Notes: generated by a model from the letters alone, not told the origin. Counted from the first letter of the stretch, positions 1-13,236 are shown. The stretch is DNA of 64,000 nucleotides from Callorhinchus milii (GCF_018977255.1 NW_024704742.1:126792001-126856000), one strand, 5' to 3'. Translations and numbers: made by a program.

Positions 1-372
1 TCAAGATCCTGGTCCTCACCCTTAAAGCCCTCCAAGGCCTTGCTCCCCCTACCTCCGCGATCTCCTAACCCCCTACCAACCGGCCTGCTCCCTCCGCTCA
101 GGGGGTTCCGGCGTGCTTCACATCCTCTGCCATCCTTCACTCTGTCCCCATGCTTTGGAACTCCATCCCACAGTCCTCCCTTGCCTCTTTCAAGACCCAT
201 CTCAAGACCCACCTCTTCAACTGTGCCTTCGATCACCCTCTTTCCCTCCACCCTCTCTGATCCCAAACCCCAATTCAGGTTCCAAACACTGATTGTCCAC
301 CACCTTGGGACATCCTCCCGATGTGAAAGGCCCTAAACAAGTGTAATTTTGTTGTGTTGTTGTTGTTGTTGT
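1..372 (+). mobile_element. L2-type LINE 3' fragment
   Basis: End of ORF2 (..KILVLTLKAL..), 3' UTR hairpin and (GTT)n tail. Confidence 0.85.
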
Positions 373-379
373 AGGTGAA

Positions 380-505
380 CAGAGAGAGAAAGGGAGGAAG
401 GGAGAAAGAGACACACATGTGCAGACACACACACACACATGTAGAGGAGGCAGACATGCACACAAAAAGAGGTAGTGAGACAGAGACCTTAACATTCAGA
501 GAGGG
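380..505 (+). repeat. (GA)n/(CA)n low-complexity tract
   Basis: agagagagaa...acacacacacacacat. Confidence 0.75.
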
Positions 506-2305
506 AAAAGAAGTGCGTAAATATATTCTGGTTGATAGTCCACTTGCAGGTAGTAGTAATTTTAAAACCATTCTCCACAGGAATGTAATAAGACATTATC
601 AAACTAGCAAATTTCCAAAGCATGCGACCATTGCAAAAGCAGCAGCTGTGGATAATAAGGTTCATAACCTGCAATGCCAGTAACTAATATCCCACTTAAA
701 TACTGTATTTAACAATTTCATTGTTTCCTTATGTCTATGGAAAAGATACATCAGTCACCATGAAACCATACAGATTAAAGTTGCAGGGTTGATTCCTGTG
801 CTGAGTTTGCTCCTCTCAGACCTTGGCAGTCTTTGGAACATGATAATTGTTGTCAGCATCAATGAGTCAAAGAGAAAAACAGCCAGAGTTCCTGCAGTGT
901 AAATGGTGCACCATGGCAGGAAAAGCACCTTGGGAAATAAAATATGTACATCTGTCCCTCTCCTTCTCTGTTGATGCACTTACTTGCCATTTAAGTGTTG
1001 TTTTCAATACCACTATATTTTAAAGGTACTTTTCAGATTTACGAACTACTCAAGTGAACGACTCCAAAATCTCTTAACGAAATCCACAGCAATTTAGCAT
1101 TGCTGGTTGACCACATTGATGGTGGTAGTGCTCAATTTTCCTTGCAGTATAGCTATATGAAGATAGAAGCTAAAACTCACTGACAAAAGTCTGCCTTTCT
1201 CCTTTGATCAGACAAAAACGACCAAAGAATAGTGCAGCAATCAAGAATGTAATTCAAACAGGTTACATACTCAGCCATATAATCTATTCCAAATGATTCT
1301 GCAAATGTTTTGAATGATTCTGTTCCAATTTTTATTCTATAATAAAAAATAACATTCTCAAATTTATTACTGAAATACAAATTTTCCCAACATAATTTCT
1401 GCTGTAGGGGGCATGTCGTGACAGCATATATTTTGAGATTGTATGTTGTTTTACAATTATGAATACAATGGTATTAATAATTGTCTTTCTTATATATAGT
1501 AAAATTAAAAAGTAGTTTCTTTGCCAAGTATTTTTGTAAATGTTATTAATTGCAACAAGAGACACAAAAGCAATGGGGCACAAACACAATATACACCTGA
1601 CAAGTGCTCATTTATCCCAACTATGGTATTAGTTTATGTAATATTCATTCTAAGGATTTATTTTGCAGCAACCACCACTCAGTGTAGTTTGCCTACAGAT
1701 TTACTGTATTTTTCTCAAATGAAGATTCATAGAAGGTACAGCTCAGAAACAGGTTATTTGGCTCATCCAATCACACCAGTGTTTATACACGAGAAGTGCC
1801 AAGAGGAATTATAAAGCTAATTAATGCATCTGTAACTATGATGCAGGATAATCAGATTCCTTATCATGCTTTTGAGACGTCGAGAAGACGTGAAAAGCGC
1901 TACATCAAATGCAAGGATTATTATTATTATTAAACAAACATAACTTTGTTCCCAAGATTCCTCAAACCACGGAAGATATCAAATGAAAAAGAGTCTATAA
2001 CTGCACATAAATCCCTTAAACATGAACCTTTAGGATTTACACGAGTATTTTTGTTCCATGCAGTTGGACATCTACTGCTACTGGGATTAATACGCTATCG
2101 AGCCTTCTGTGAAAGAACCACAAACCACAGGACAGAACATCTAAACTACAAGCTGACAATACAAGCACCACCTCAGACACCAGAACTGCAGACGCAGACA
2201 GATTAATAGAGCTAGCTGCACTTCGAATCTGCACCATTAACTAAGACAGCGGACAGCTCTACCAGACAAATCTAGACATAGAGACATAAACAGTATCATA
2301 CTTAC

Positions 2306-2311
2306 AATCAT
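2306..2311 (-). CDS. UNC13B: UNC13B 6-nt microexon (MI)
   Basis: ttgctctgctcgctggtttttacag|ATGATT|gtaagt; phase 0; matches LPPLTDQT-MI of Munc13-1 as I recall it. Confidence 0.82.
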
Positions 2312-4072
2312 CTGTAAAAACCAGCGAGCAGAGCAATTAAAAAAAAAGCCATCAGTGAATATAAAGCTAGCATTTTCTGGTTATGCATTATGACAAACCA
2401 GAGAGATACGAGTTACTATAATAACAAACGCTTCAGAAAAAAATTGAAATCCAAGATCTATAAAAAAAATTAGAACATTCTAAAACAAATGAAATATATA
2501 ATTCCTTCTTGAAAAATAAAGTTACAGGCTTATTCATGGAACAAACAAACATGAAATTAAAATCCTAGATTATTAATCATGGGAATAAAACACTTCATTC
2601 AGTATTCAGTGAGCAGTGAACGCAACAGTATTTCTGAGGAGAAAAAGTGAATTCAGGTTGCTGGCTCCACTTTAGTGCCTGTATATAATACAGTTATAAT
2701 AGGTTATTGGTAGCACACCATCTATACTGTACTACATGCACTGCAGGTATGCTATAGCAAACAGGACAAAGGTTCTCACAACCAAGAACTGACTATTCAC
2801 AAATTGGGAAATTGCAATTTCCAGACACCCAAACTTTTCAGATGGGCTGGTTGAATATAGGTTATCTCAACTGCTCCTCGTACACAATGATCCCAAAATA
2901 TCATAGCCAAAGTTTTTCATGAGCAAAATTTTGTTCATCTTGCCAAAACCCAAATGAAACAGAAACATTTTTTTCTCTGGTATTTGTGAACTTCCTTTGT
3001 TTTCCTCCTTTCAACTCTGCCTTGAGCCAAGTGTCCTCTGAGCAAAGGAGCTGCTCCACGCTACTTTTACGCAGTATTAGAGGTTCCCTGACTGGCATTC
3101 CATTTCTCAACAACGGCATTCTCTGAAGTGTACCTTTTTAAAAAAAATACACTTTAAATGTTGCAGAATATATACTTTTCAAATACATCTAAAACATGTT
3201 GCCTTATCAACTTGTTGCAGTTTCCATAGAACGCTCTGAATACAGAAATCTATTTAGCCACTTCAGCTGTCATTAAAACCCAATATGTGCATTACAGTCT
3301 TTAAACCCTTTGCTGTTGCATTTTTTCCCCAACAATAGCACTCACTCATGGTATAATTATCTGTGGTGTTACCAATCTGTCACAAATTTTAGTACACCCA
3401 GAGGGCTAAATTTCAATAGTTATAAAATAGCTCATAAACATTGAATTCCTGTCTACTCTTTCTCTTGAATTGTCATCCTGGGAACAATTACTCAATAAAC
3501 TTCATCACCAATTCCAGCAAACAGATATTACAGCCACACTGAAACTGTCACTTGCTAGAACAAATTAGATTACACAATGGCAATGTATACTTTTGTAACC
3601 ACTGGGGTAAATCAGACCAATTGAAAGAACTGCACAGAAGGTTAAAAAGTTTATATACTGTCCAAAATAAGTCCCGAGCTTATGCCAGTCATAATATATT
3701 CATTCTGCTTCCAAAGATATCATCTTAAGGGTGTTCATCAAAACAGACTACTAGTTATACTATAAATAATCATCTACTTCCCAGTTTAGTGCATGCTGGT
3801 TGCTTATGCTTGTCAGTCTTTTGAATGGAACTACCAATTTGGTGGTTAGATTTACCATAGAAGAGTAATTTGGTGGTGTGGACTTGAACCAAAAATAGCT
3901 GGATTGGGAATAATTAAATTACTAGTCTGTTCTTATTGGCAGGCAGGAAAGCTTAGCTGTAAGTGGGCTGGAATTGAATCTAACTCTTGAGTTTAAAGAA
4001 CCATGTTTCAAGAAATTGCACGATATAGCCCAGCCCTGTACCTGTGTGAAACAATTCATTATTTTCTTAATC

Positions 4073-4386
4073 GGCCTTGTAACTCAGTGGTCAGAGCACT
4101 TGCCTTGCAAGCGAGATACCTGGATTCAATTCCAGGCAGAGTGAAACTTTGGGCAAGTTTCCTTACTCCACACAGAGCCTAATAATAATCCCTCCAAAAC
4201 AAAACAATAATAAATTGGTCATTTTCAATCCACGACCATTTGTGGGACACTGCTGTGCGCAATTGGCTGCTGCGTTTCGCCAACAAATATACAGTCAATT
4301 CACTTTACAGCATATTCTGTGAAGTGCTTTGAGACATCTAGAAGATGTGAAAATCGCTATATCAAATGCAAGGATTATTATTATTA
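4073..4386 (+). mobile_element. tRNA-Ala-derived SINE, full length
   Basis: A-box taactcagtgg, TTGCAA anticodon loop, B-box gattcaattcc, core gctgtgcgcaattggctgc, L2-like tail, (ATT)n end. Confidence 0.9.
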
Positions 4387-5215
4387 TATTATATACTCAG
4401 TCTAATATGCCCATCATTCTCTCTACTATTGGTGTCATCAGTGTCAAATGTTAGATTGCTGTAATTTCCAAGGAGGCGCTAAAATGCATTACACAGAAGC
4501 ATCTTTCTAGAATTTTTTTTTACTTTTACTTTACTTAATGTTTAAGTTATGTTGTAAAGAGTACAATTTATTTATGTGGTTAAAATATCTATTATTTAGA
4601 ATTGTGTCTTACACTCCACAGAACCAAACATTCAAACACTGAATTTGAACACCAGTTTGAATAAACATTTTGCTTCCTCTTAAAACATGGCAGCAGTTTG
4701 CAAGTCAGTAGAACAATTAGAGAATGACTCTGGCTTGTTCGTAAATGTAATAGCCTTGAGTTCACAGTCATTGAATGAGAAACTCCTTTTATTAGCTCAA
4801 ACCTTCAAGAGACTGCAGGATATTGTTTTTCTAAGCTGTTCCAAATTTCAATTCAATTTTAAAACACACATTAAGAACTATTTTCTCACAAAAATTAAAA
4901 CTAGCATAAAATCTACCAACGTGTTGATCTAAACTGCTCAACACTAATTTCTTTTTGGGGTTTGATAACAGACTTCACTAGTAGTCTAACAGCTGACACT
5001 ATTTTATGAGCCATAGACCTAAGCCATGGTATATGGCTTCTGCACTCCATTATTCTAGGTTGACGTTTACCTGTCTGTGCACAGATTATCAGCACCAACT
5101 AATCAGGTTTAGGAACAAGGATGATACTGGAAAACATTTAAACATCATGATAGCAATGCAGTTTTTCAGTTGCAAATATTAAAATCCTTTGTGAAAAACG
5201 ACTGAAGCTACTCAC

Positions 5216-5339
5216 CGATTGATCAATTAGGGGAGGCAACACAATCGTCTTTTCTATTGTGTTAACTACAATCTTCCACAGTTCCTTGAGAACTCTCTTC
5301 AGCACAGTCTTTTCACAGACTTTAGCAAATAATGTCAGA
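5216..5339 (-). CDS. UNC13B: UNC13B MUN exon, 124 nt
   Basis: [41 protein letters not shown]. Confidence 0.97.
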
Positions 5340-6842
5340 CTGCAAAGCAAAAAGGTTACATTCAGTAAATCAGTTGAAATTGATTTTCCATCTGCTGGAT
5401 GAAGCAGACTGCAGTAAAAGACATTTACAGAAAACCAATATGATTAAAAATATTACTTGTCTTAATTTTATTCGGTTTCTTCACCTTCCCACCTCTAAAA
5501 CGTTTTGCTTCAAGAGTGATGTAAGATCTGGGTCAGAACTAATCAATGGCCGTAACACTTCTGTTGGATGTTAGGTAATGTGACCCACATTTGTGCTGCA
5601 GGAAAGTACTCTTGTCTTCCTCTCTCCCAGAGGTGAAAGAACTGATTCAGTATAGATTATGTGACTACATTGATCCACTGCTTTAAAAGGAATTGCACAC
5701 TAATGAGCTGACATTCTGGTCAGCTTTACCTGTGGAGTCTTTGGGATGCGTGATTATAATGAGAAAATTATATTCACGTCCAATGCTGCAAAAGGCACGA
5801 GGTGAAACTTGGACCATAATTTTAGCCTAACATTTGGTTAAAAACAGGATCAAAGGATATCAGGAAAACTAGACAGAGCTGATAAAATACCATTTCCCCG
5901 GACCTGTGGAATTTTAAATTAAATCAGAGCTACATGATGTTCCAGAGTTTTCATTTCATGGCTTCCGAAGGCCAGGGAGAAAGTTCAGTTTTATTCACTT
6001 GGAAGCTTTACCTGTGAACATTCACTTGCCTCAAGTAATGATTTAAATGAAAGAGAATCCACGGCAGCTAAATTAAATATCATCTGTTCTAAAGAGTGGG
6101 ATGCAGACTGATATGCCAAATGTGAAAACTACTGAATTGCATTAACATCGAAAACCTTTACAAAGAAAGAATTAAAGGAAAGATAAAAATATTGAAATAG
6201 CAAAAACTATAGTAAAAAAGTTCTTAAAGGAGCATTACTATTATTGAACTTTAGCAATTTTTAAAAGAAATTCAATGACTTAAAACATATACAGTCAATC
6301 CACTTTACAGAATATTCTGTGAAGCGCCTGTGAAACGTCTCAACAATGTGATAAGGTGCTGTATCAATTATTATTAATATTAATAATCCAATTTCCCTAC
6401 CGTTCCTCCATATCCCTTAAGATGCTTACTTTCCATATATCTATCCATCTCCCTTTTAAACGCTCCAATCAATTCTGCATCTAAAGTCTTTGGGCAAGTC
6501 TGTACTTTCCATATTTTTCACAACTGTATACATGAAGAATTATCTTCTAATCTCACATCATATCACTTGATCTCCATTTGTAAGAATACGTCCCCTTGTT
6601 CTGGATCCCTCCACTAGAGTGAATCTCATTATCTATTTTGTCAATTCTCCTCTTTATGTTAAAGACATCAATCACAGTTAAAATGATTCAAGGTTGTTCT
6701 CTTTTCAGAAAGTGACAGTTCCTCTTTGATGGAACCAATGTACATTGAAAAAAAGTTCCAAAAATTGCCAAGTTAAGTTATTATTCATAAACAATAACAA
6801 TATCTGCATTTGTTTTATAGCACCTTTCACATCAGGAAAATT

Positions 6843-7119
6843 ATAATAATACTTGCATTTGATATAGCGCTTTTCACGTCTTCTAGACGTCTCAAAGCGC
6901 TTCACAGAATATGCTGAAAAGTGAATTGACCATATATTTGTGGGTGAAACGCTGCAGCCAATTGCGCACAGCAGTGTTCCACAAACAGTCGTGGATTGAA
7001 AATGACCAATTTATTATTGTTTTGGAGGGATTATTATTAGGCGTGTGGAGTAAGGAAACTTGCCCAAGGTTTCACCCTGCCTGGAATTGAACCCAGGTGT
7101 CTTGCTTGCTGAGCTACAG
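6843..7119 (-). mobile_element. Same SINE family, small deletion in the tRNA head
   Basis: Reverse complement of the 4073 copy. Confidence 0.88.
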
Positions 7120-7282
7120 TGTTTACTGCAAAGAAGCAAAGAACATACTTTGAAAGTACTTCACAGGATTCCCTGTAAAGTGTATTTTTCTAAAGAGCAG
7201 AACATAATTATCAAAAAATGGTATAGTCACTGGTTGGAAATATCTATGAAATATCTGGCCTGCTTTACTCCTCACTACTCAC

Positions 7283-7435
7283 TTGCCATCCAGGAAGTCC
7301 ATTAATGGTCCAAGCACATTGTCAGCATCCTGAGCTACACTGTTACGAGCTGTAGCCGGTACATTTCCAGTGCCTTTGACCTGGCTCAGGATATCTCCCA
7401 TCTGTTTCACACATTCATCAAGACGAGGCTGGAAG
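7283..7435 (-). CDS. UNC13B: UNC13B MUN exon, 153 nt
   Basis: [50 protein letters not shown]. Confidence 0.97.
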
Positions 7436-8251
7436 CTACAGAGTAACAAAATAAGCACCGTTCCATGAAAGGATTGGAATGGTCAAAAGTTAATCAAAAG
7501 GTCCCTGAAAGCCGCTATTCGGAAGCTTGGACAAACCACGACTATCAAGAGATTATCAGAAACAATAACAAATCTGTGTTTTACAGAAATAAATCATCAA
7601 AATTAATGCATAAGAGGTCATTCAGCCAATCAATCCTACAATTATGCAACTTCCTCCATGGGAACTAACATTCGAATTACAATTTCTTGCTCTTTCCTTG
7701 CGCTCTTGTTTTTCTTCAAACACTCATGCAATTCCCTTATAAATTATCGATTGGGATTCAGAAAAACCTTTGGCTAAATAAATAGAATACTATTCATTTC
7801 TTTAATTATTCTTTAAAATGTTCATATAATCAATTACATTTTAGGACAGGAAGCTGTTCAGACCACTGTGTCTGTGCCGTGCTGGATTCCCACTAGAAAT
7901 CTATCTCTTAATACCACTCTCTGCTCTGATCCCACTTACGCATACTGTTCTCAGTCAATGTGAAACCAATCATAACACACATAGAGGAAAAGCAGTTCTG
8001 TTGATTTTATATTGAATTTGTTTCGATTTACATATAAAAGGGAATTTTTATTCCATTTTATCCGTTGCTGAAGTGAATAATTAAATCAGTTTTTAATTTT
8101 GAAAGCAACACAAGAAAAACAAATGTAAACAAATTTAAACGCTGTGGAAATGCAATGCAATTTACATTTCATTTGTGCCTTTAAGTCAGGAGGACATGCG
8201 TTTTGAGATAGGCAGACAGGTAAAAATAGTCAAGAGTTAAAGATTGCTTAC

Positions 8252-8340
8252 CTAACACCAAACACATCACTGAGTTCATCCAGAACATTGTTCAATTTCA
8301 CTTGCAGCTCTTTTAACGTGCCACTCGCCTCAGGATCCAG
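8252..8340 (-). CDS. UNC13B: UNC13B MUN exon, 89 nt
   Basis: [29 protein letters not shown]. Confidence 0.96.
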
Positions 8341-8842
8341 CTGTAATAAAAGATAAAGCTCCAAGTTAGTATAACTGTCTAGCAATACATTTCTAATGAT
8401 ACCAAAATGTAGACACCTATTTGAAGAATATTAAAATTAAAGGCATTGAAAATAAGCACTGGACCAGGGATGGGAAGAAGCTCTTCCATGATGAGTGAAA
8501 AAAATGTTCCCCTCAAATAACATGACTTAGATTCATATATGAATGTAAGTAAGCTTGGAAGAAGAAAACCATTTGGTCCATCAAATCCTTTTGAACTCCT
8601 CCCACATTTGTTAATAGTCCTTCCTCTCCCAAACCTTGAAACACAGATGTTAATACATTTCATGAAGTATCTTATCATTTCAGTTTGAACATATTCCTGC
8701 GACCTCCAATTCTGTTCTCAAACAGATACTTATAGACTTCTTTTTATGAAGAAGTTACCGATAAAGCATCAAATGCTTTTATTGGGAGTCTTTAACAAAC
8801 CTCACATCTGGACTTTGAGCTCATAGTCTAAGTGGACTCCCT

Positions 8843-9190
8843 ACTAACCTGCCCGCTCTCTCCGTTCAGCGGGCTCCAGCCTACTCCATGTCTCCCGCCT
8901 GACCCGCCCTAAAATCGGTGGCCGGGCTTTCAGCCTCTCTGCCCCCACACTCTGGAACTCCATCCAACGGTCCGGTCCCCTCGCCTCGCTTCCTCCCTTG
9001 CCTCCTTTAAGGCCGGTCTCAAGACCCTTCTCTTCGACCGTGCCTTTGGTCTCCCTCCCACCTCTCTGCCTTCCCTCACCTCTACGGCACCCCTCGCCCA
9101 TGCTTGGGCTCCGACACCTGACTGTTCAGTGCTTTGGGATGTCCTCCCGACTTGAAAGGCGCTCTTTAAATGTAATTTTGTTGTTGTTGG
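8843..9190 (+). mobile_element. L2-type LINE 3' end inserted in an older Deu-type SINE
   Basis: IGGRAFSLSAPTLWNS-type coding end and (GTT)n tail. Confidence 0.85.
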
Positions 9191-9983
9191 ACACTCTAAT
9201 GCAATGCTGGAGAGCGCTCATTGTCAGAAGTGCTGTCCTTCAGATAAAACTTAAAAAACGAGGTTCCCGTCTGCCTGTTCAAGTGGATGTTAAAGACCCA
9301 GTGTACAGTTTGATTGTTCAGTTTTGATTTGTATAGTGCCTTTCACATCGGGATATCGCTATGCACAAATTGGCTTCTATGTTTGCCTACAAATACACAG
9401 TCACTACATTTTACAGAAACATTCTGAGGTATTTAAGAGACATGATATACTAAAATCAAGGATAATTATTATCACATATTAACAAATCTCTGTAAAAAGA
9501 ATCTACTTAATCATCCAACTGAGAAGACTACCTATTATGGAATGTGTAGGTTGTTGTTCCAATTGCTTCTTCATTTTCACCAAGGTGTAAAAATTGCAGA
9601 CATACAACTGCAATCTTTAATCAGCAAAAATCAGTGGCACTGTAAAGTAGGTCATCAATTGCTATTGGGAGCAAGAGTGCTTGAAGTTTAATAATTTGCT
9701 GCAAGTCTTAAGAATAATGATGACAAGCTTTATTTTGCTGTAAAAAGTTATTTAGCACAGCTCCAAGGGTAATAACGTCACTTTTATTTTACTGAAACAT
9801 TTCTCAGAAGTGTATTTTATGTGTGGGTTATCTATGCCTCTGACTGCTAGCAGGTCTATGATTTTCACATCAATGCTGAAAATTCATTGTCGCAATAAAA
9901 GGTATTCAAACATCAAGATTGCTTTATTTCTGTAATATGAATCCCAGCTAGCTCACAAAATACAAAGCAAATTAAAATAAAAA

Positions 9984-10545
9984 TGGCTCCCCATCCCCCA
10001 GAAATGGATTCAAGATCCTCATCCTCACTTTTAAATCCCTCTTTCTTGTGGATAAAGGGATTAAGGAATATGGGGATAAGGTGGGTAGGTGGAGTTAGAA
10101 TAGATCAGCCATGATCTTATTGAATGGCGGGGCAGGCTCGAGGGGCCAAATGGCTCCTGCTCCTAATTCTTATGTTCTTATGTTCTACAATCTTGCCCTA
10201 CCTCTGTGACCTGCTAAAACCTTACCAATCCACCCGCTTCCCCCGCTTGGTGGGCACTGGCCTGCTTCATGTCCCCCACCACCCCCACCATTGGTGGTCA
10301 GACATTCAGTCTTTCTGCCCCCATCCTGGATTCCCTTTGTCTAGCCCCTTTCCTCGTCTTCTTCATGATACATCTCAAGACCTTACTCTTTGACCGTGCC
10401 TTCAGTCATATTCCCACTCCCAACCCCTTGCCCCCTACCTGCCATAATCCAACCCACAGCTCAGGTGCAAACTCTCAACTGTCCAGCATTTTGGAACGCC
10501 CTCTTGATGTGAAAGACTATATATAAATCCAATTTTGTAATTGCC
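9984..10545 (+). mobile_element. L2-type LINE 3' fragment interrupted by a CR1 3' tail (about 10043-10181)
   Basis: L2 sequence breaks after aaatccctc and resumes after the CR1 (TTCTTATG)n tail. Confidence 0.8.
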
Positions 10546-10796
10546 GTTAAACTGTGCTACCCATCCTTTTTTTTGCTTATTTGTTTTCTGTCCTTTTTAT
10601 TATTTGTTTTTGCTAATTTATCCAGGTCTGGGTTTGCAGACATTAAAAAGTTAATTAAATTCCTGAAATTTCACATCAATAAAGTTAGTGACAGATCTCA
10701 GTACCACGGTACAAATGATATGAATTTTTCCTTACTCTCGGATTTTAAAATATCCAAAGCATTTTTTTTTAAATCCTGCTTTCTCAATTGAGTGGA

Positions 10797-11508
10797 AACA
10801 ACAACAAAATTACATTTGTAAAGCACCTTTCATATCGGGAGGATGTCCTAAGGCGCTGAACAATCAGGGATCAGGACCCAAGCGTGGGGACCAGGGTTGG
10901 GATGAGGGAGCGCAGAGAGGGTAGGAAGGTGGCTGAAGGCATGGTCAAAAAGGAGGTTCTTGAGTTGTGCCTTGAAGGGAGCAAGGGAGAGAGCAAGGCG
11001 AAGGGATTGTGGGATGGGGGTCCAAAGAGTGGAGGCAGAGAGGCTGAAAGTCCGGCCTCCGATGGTAGGGTGGGAGACCTGGAGCATGCCGGAGCCTGCT
11101 GAGCGGAGGGAGTGGACAGGTTGATGGGAGGGGTCAGCAGGTCAGAGATATAGGAGGAGGCGAGGCCGTGGAGGTCCTTGAAAGTGAAGACGAGTATTTT
11201 GAGCTCTATCCTCTGAGGGATGGGGAGCAGTGGAGCCGGGCGAAGGTGGGGATGATGGGATCACGGAGCCTGGTGCGGGAGAGGACATGAGCTGCAGAGT
11301 TCTAGATGATCTGTAGCTTGTGGAGGGAAGAGTCGGGGAGGCCGACAAGGAGGGAGTTTCCGTATTCGAACCTTGAGTTGATGAATGCATGCATGAGGGT
11401 TTTGGCGGCCTGAGGGGTGAGGCAGTGGCGGAGTCGGGCAATGTTGCGTAGGTGGGGGAAGGCAGAGGGTGTCATGGCACGGATATGGGGGAGAAAGGAA
11501 AGTTGAGG
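10797..11508 (-). mobile_element. L2-type LINE 3' fragment
   Basis: HLRNIARLRHCLTPQAAKTLMHAFINSRFEYGNSLL, typical L2 ORF2 C-terminus. Confidence 0.9.
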
Positions 11509-11584
11509 CCTCATTTGCACTATTTCTTTACCAATTTCTCAATAAGAAATACGTAATTATTGAATTTGTTCAATAATTTGCTGA

Positions 11585-11909
11585 TAATAATAATAATAAT
11601 AATCCTTGCATTTGATATAGCGCTTTTCACGTCAGGAGGACGTCCCAAAGCGCTTCACAGAACACACTGTAAAGTGAATTGACTGTATATTTGTGGGCGA
11701 ACGCGGCAGCCAATTGCGCACAGCAATGTCCCACAAACAGTCGTAGATTGGAAATGACCAATTTAATTATTGTTTTTGGTTTTTTGGAGGAATTATTATT
11801 AGGCGTGTGGAGTAAGGAAACTTGCCCAAGGTTTCGCCCTCTGCCTGGAATTGAACTCAGGTCTCTCACTTGCAAAGCGAGTGCTCTAACCACTGAGCTA
11901 CAGGACTCC
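11585..11909 (-). mobile_element. Same SINE family, full length, young
   Basis: GGAGTCCTGTAGCTCAGTGGTTAGAGCACTCGCTTTGCAAGTG...GTTCAATTCC head and (ATT)n tail; CpGs retained. Confidence 0.92.
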
Positions 11910-12274
11910 ACAATGAATGAATGAATGCATTCTTTAAAACACAACGTCTTTTACCATCTCATCCAAAAGAAAACGCAGTGCTCCCTACGTGAAAGGTGCT
12001 ATATAAACACAACTTGCAGTTCCATGTAGGAATTGTTTTTAAATGTTCAGGCCTTCATGGTGAAAATGGACCTACACTCTCCCATCATCAAAGCTCACTG
12101 CTAATCCTATTGATTTTGCTGATCCCATGGCTCGTCAGCAATGCTAATTTTGCAAGTGAAGTGCTGTATTCTGAAGTTTGTGTTACAATGTGCTCTTATT
12201 TCTCAGGGGTTTAAAATCATGGTGGAAATTGTGGTTGTCTTGGTCCACTGTCTAACCAAACAAGTTATAAAAAT

Positions 12275-12390
12275 AATAATCCTTGTATTCAATATGGCGC
12301 CCTATCGCGTTGTTGAGACGCGCCTGAGAATTGAACCCGGGTTCTCTCGCTTGTGAGGTGAGTGCTCTAACCACTACGTTCAAGGACTCC
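12275..12390 (-). mobile_element. Internally deleted SINE (tRNA head joined to tail)
   Basis: GGAGTCCTTG...TAGTGGTTAGAGCACTC...GTTCAATTC followed directly by ...ggcgccatattgaatacaaggattattatt. Confidence 0.7.
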
Positions 12391-12696
12391 AGTTGTACAA
12401 AAGCATGCAAAAATGACAACCAGAAGGGTTAAACTTCCAGTTGCTTGGTCCACACTGATGCCACTTCCCACATGTTGTGTGCTCCCAGGAAATGAGACAC
12501 TCTTTAATAACTGAATATGCTCATCAGCATCAGAAGCTCGGTATACTGGGCTTCCAGTTAGCACAGATCTACAGGAGACCCACACTCTAAGTGAGGCAGA
12601 TCTCTATTGAAGCGTGCTACAACAGGTTCCCAAATACTTTGCAGCATCATCAAAAACTGGTTTCCATAGTGAAGAAATGAGTGAATTGAATCTCAC

Positions 12697-12774
12697 CTCT
12701 TTCCCACCCATGGCTTCAAACATCTTCTCCAGCTGAACTCTCAGTTGTTGTACATTGTTCATCAGAATGCAAGG
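12697..12774 (-). CDS. UNC13B: UNC13B MUN exon, 78 nt
   Basis: [26 protein letters not shown]. Confidence 0.97.
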
Positions 12775-13236
12775 CTGGAGGAAATGAAGCACAAATATGA
12801 ATCGTTAACTCAAAAAGTTCAATTTTTTTTAAGATCAAATCAACATTCAGTGTTATGTAGCAACATATGAATTAGTGCTTTAATGGCTCAAACTGTACTC
12901 AGTTAATATTTATTCTGCTCAGTATTGTATAGCAATAAAAAAACTTCAAAACTTAACTGGATAATATGACACTTCAAAAATGAACATCAATTTAATAACT
13001 TTTTAATCTATTGTAACATTCTAAATATTACCATAAATTGACACGTGAATCATCACTGGAAGACTGAAATAAAATTCTGAAAAATGTTATACTTAGAAAT
13101 CTTGTTTCTATTCTATACAATAAAACTTGGACAAGACAATGTTAACCTCATTTACTGTGTGAGTTCTGAAGTGAAATGCTATTGAAAAAACCTGAAATGT
13201 AGTGAAGAATTATTTAATTGAAGAAACAGTAGTTAC

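Noticed and set aside
755..990. Possible counterpart of the Munc13-1 alternative MUN-loop exon
   Set aside because: No in-frame AG/GT-bounded segment with similarity; phase 0 reading hits a stop.
1181..1336. Exon-like segment (tag|...|gtgagt) inside ORF 1177..1380
   Set aside because: It is open in phase 2 while UNC13B is in phase 0 here, where it hits a stop. No Munc13 similarity; at most a cryptic poison exon.
2901..3133. 72-aa minus-strand ORF with a possible acceptor (MPLLRNGMPV...)
   Set aside because: Phase does not fit the preceding exon, there is no recognisable homology and the acceptor is poor.
11836..11909. tRNA-Ala(TGC)-like sequence (also near 4073, 26987, 50625)
   Set aside because: The acceptor stem does not pair and each copy continues into the SINE body; these are SINE heads, not tRNA genes.
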